Shown here piece after piece: positions 62,720-64,000 of a DNA stretch of 64,000 nucleotides. The notes below the pieces were generated by a model. It was not told the DNA's origin. It searched no databases and worked only from the letters and a program-made list of their open reading frames with translations. A program made the position numbers and the translations under genes. The first letter of the stretch is position 1; each line of letters begins with the position of its first letter. The stretch is taken from contig CM068769.1 of NCBI GenBank assembly GCA_035084275.1, positions 1,922,001 to 1,986,000 on the forward strand, written 5' to 3'. This DNA comes from Hydrolagus colliei. Taxonomy: Eukaryota.

Positions 62720-63018
62720 GTGCAGACTGACTCCACAGTGATACATAGCGGAGTCTGGCAGCTGCAGTCTGGCGATGGTTAAATGGATGATTTTCTTGGC
62801 AGTGTCAAGAAAATCTGAAATATGATCTCCCTCTGCAGTAGAGTTTCCTCCCTCTCCAGTAGTGTTTCTGTGGATAAGGTTTTTCGGTGCCTCGCCAGGG
62901 AACTGACGATACCAGGACACAACGAAATTCTGTCCACAGAATCCTAAGTATTGGCACTGTAGATCCACTCTCTCTCCAGCAACAGCCTTTGTTTCACGCG
63001 GTGACTGGTATATCGGTC
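62720..63018 (-). CDS. TRDV: TCR delta-type V exon V11, candidate NAR-TCR supporting V
   Basis: (G)PIYQSP...LQC23QYLGFCGQNFVVSW41YRQFPG...DSAMYHC104GVSL; acceptor cacgtag directly before FR1; extra Cys in CDR1. Confidence 0.85.
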
Positions 63019-63654
63019 CTACGTGGAAGAAATCACAGGATAGTGAGCATTGCAATATGGTAGCGTTGAAGAGCAATTAAGGAGGATATTAGTAGAATTG
63101 TTTATTTGCCAGATGTTTCGGGCAACTGTCCAACTTATCCCACTCCCATTGTTGCCCTATATTCTTGACACATGTTGATTCTGCATTACTCCACCTGTCC
63201 ATTTCCACTTTAAAATTGATTGTTTATCATGCTTTATACCACCATATCAAGCAGCGCGTTGAAGATTATAATAACTTTGGAATTTAAAACAAATTCTCTT
63301 TTTCTCTCTTTTGTTTCTGTTTTTTGGGGAAACAAAATCCGCTTTTAGCAGATAATATTTTCACATTCGTTGCGCTCATGATAACATGATCCCTTTGTAC
63401 ATGACAATCGCCTCTTCGCTGTACCCATTCTACTAAATCATCTTTCGACAATGTTCAAGAATTTAATATCCTTCTGAACCTTTCAAGAAAAAACACTTGA
63501 GAGCCACATTTCACCTAAACCATACAGTTACTAGGTTAATCATACTTGCATTTCTTAAAGCACGTCTCATGTCTTCTCGTCGCCTAAAAACCCTTCAACA
63601 TATATACTGTAAAGTGAAGAGATTATATATGTGGACGAAACGTGGCATAATAAT

Positions 63655-63960
63655 CCAATTTTTTTTTTTTGATATAGCGCTTTTCACAACATATCGACGT
63701 CTTAAAGCGTTTCACAGAATATACTGTAAAGTGGATTGATTGTATATTTAAGGGAGAAACACAGCAGCCAATTGCGCGTAGCAGCGACCCACAAAACTGT
63801 AGAGGATTGGAATTAACAATGTTTATTATTGTAGGTTGCCTGCACGGATTATTATTAGGCATGTGGAGTTAGGTAACTTCCCAAGGTTTCTCCCTAATCT
63901 TCCTGGATTCGAACACGGGTCTCACGCTTCGTTGTGATTGTGATATCCACTGAGCTATAA
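63655..63960 (-). mobile_element. SINE
   Basis: Tail gatatagcgcttttcac, core gcagccaattgcgc, head ggattcgaacacgggtctc. Confidence 0.7.
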
Positions 63961-64000
63961 TCCACAATAAAATAGCATTTTTAAAGTCTTCCATACATCT

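Noticed and set aside
62363-63076. ORF suggesting an intronless leader fused to V11 (MLFNATILQCSL...)
   Set aside because: Starts at TTG, not ATG, and simply reads through intron sequence up to a good acceptor (ttcttccacgtag)
63020-64000. Search for a J or D segment of a NARV cassette upstream of V11
   Set aside because: No F/WGxG motif with a donor and no RSS found; heptamer-like words fall within a SINE

Overview
Eukaryotic vertebrate DNA, inferred to be from a cartilaginous fish (shark-type V families, Deu-domain SINEs, CR1 with an (ATTCTATG)n tail, a GPR139/142-like GPCR). The window lies in the V-segment array of the T-cell receptor alpha/delta locus. I read 11 TRAV/TRDV-type V exons, all on the minus strand. 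Ten carry a 22-23 bp spacer RSS, six are clear pseudogenes, and no D, J or C segment is visible. The last V (62720-63018) has no residual leader codons and carries an extra CDR1 cysteine, which are the hallmarks of a NAR-TCR supporting V-delta. The array is interrupted by four things: (i) a 7-kb two-LTR class I endogenous retrovirus with a 4-bp TSD, carrying two different tRNA-Ser primer-binding sites and a duplicated, split gag 5' end; (ii) a nested ERV/ERV/CR1 cluster; (iii) a two-exon GPR139/142-like gene with one nonsense codon, whose first exon is bracketed by inverted BED-finger hAT elements; (iv) a Tx1/L1-like element cut off by a CR1 insertion with twin-priming-like geometry. SINEs, L2 fragments, simple repeats and four N gaps fill the rest. 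Coordinates were counted by eye and may be off by a few bases; no database searches were run.
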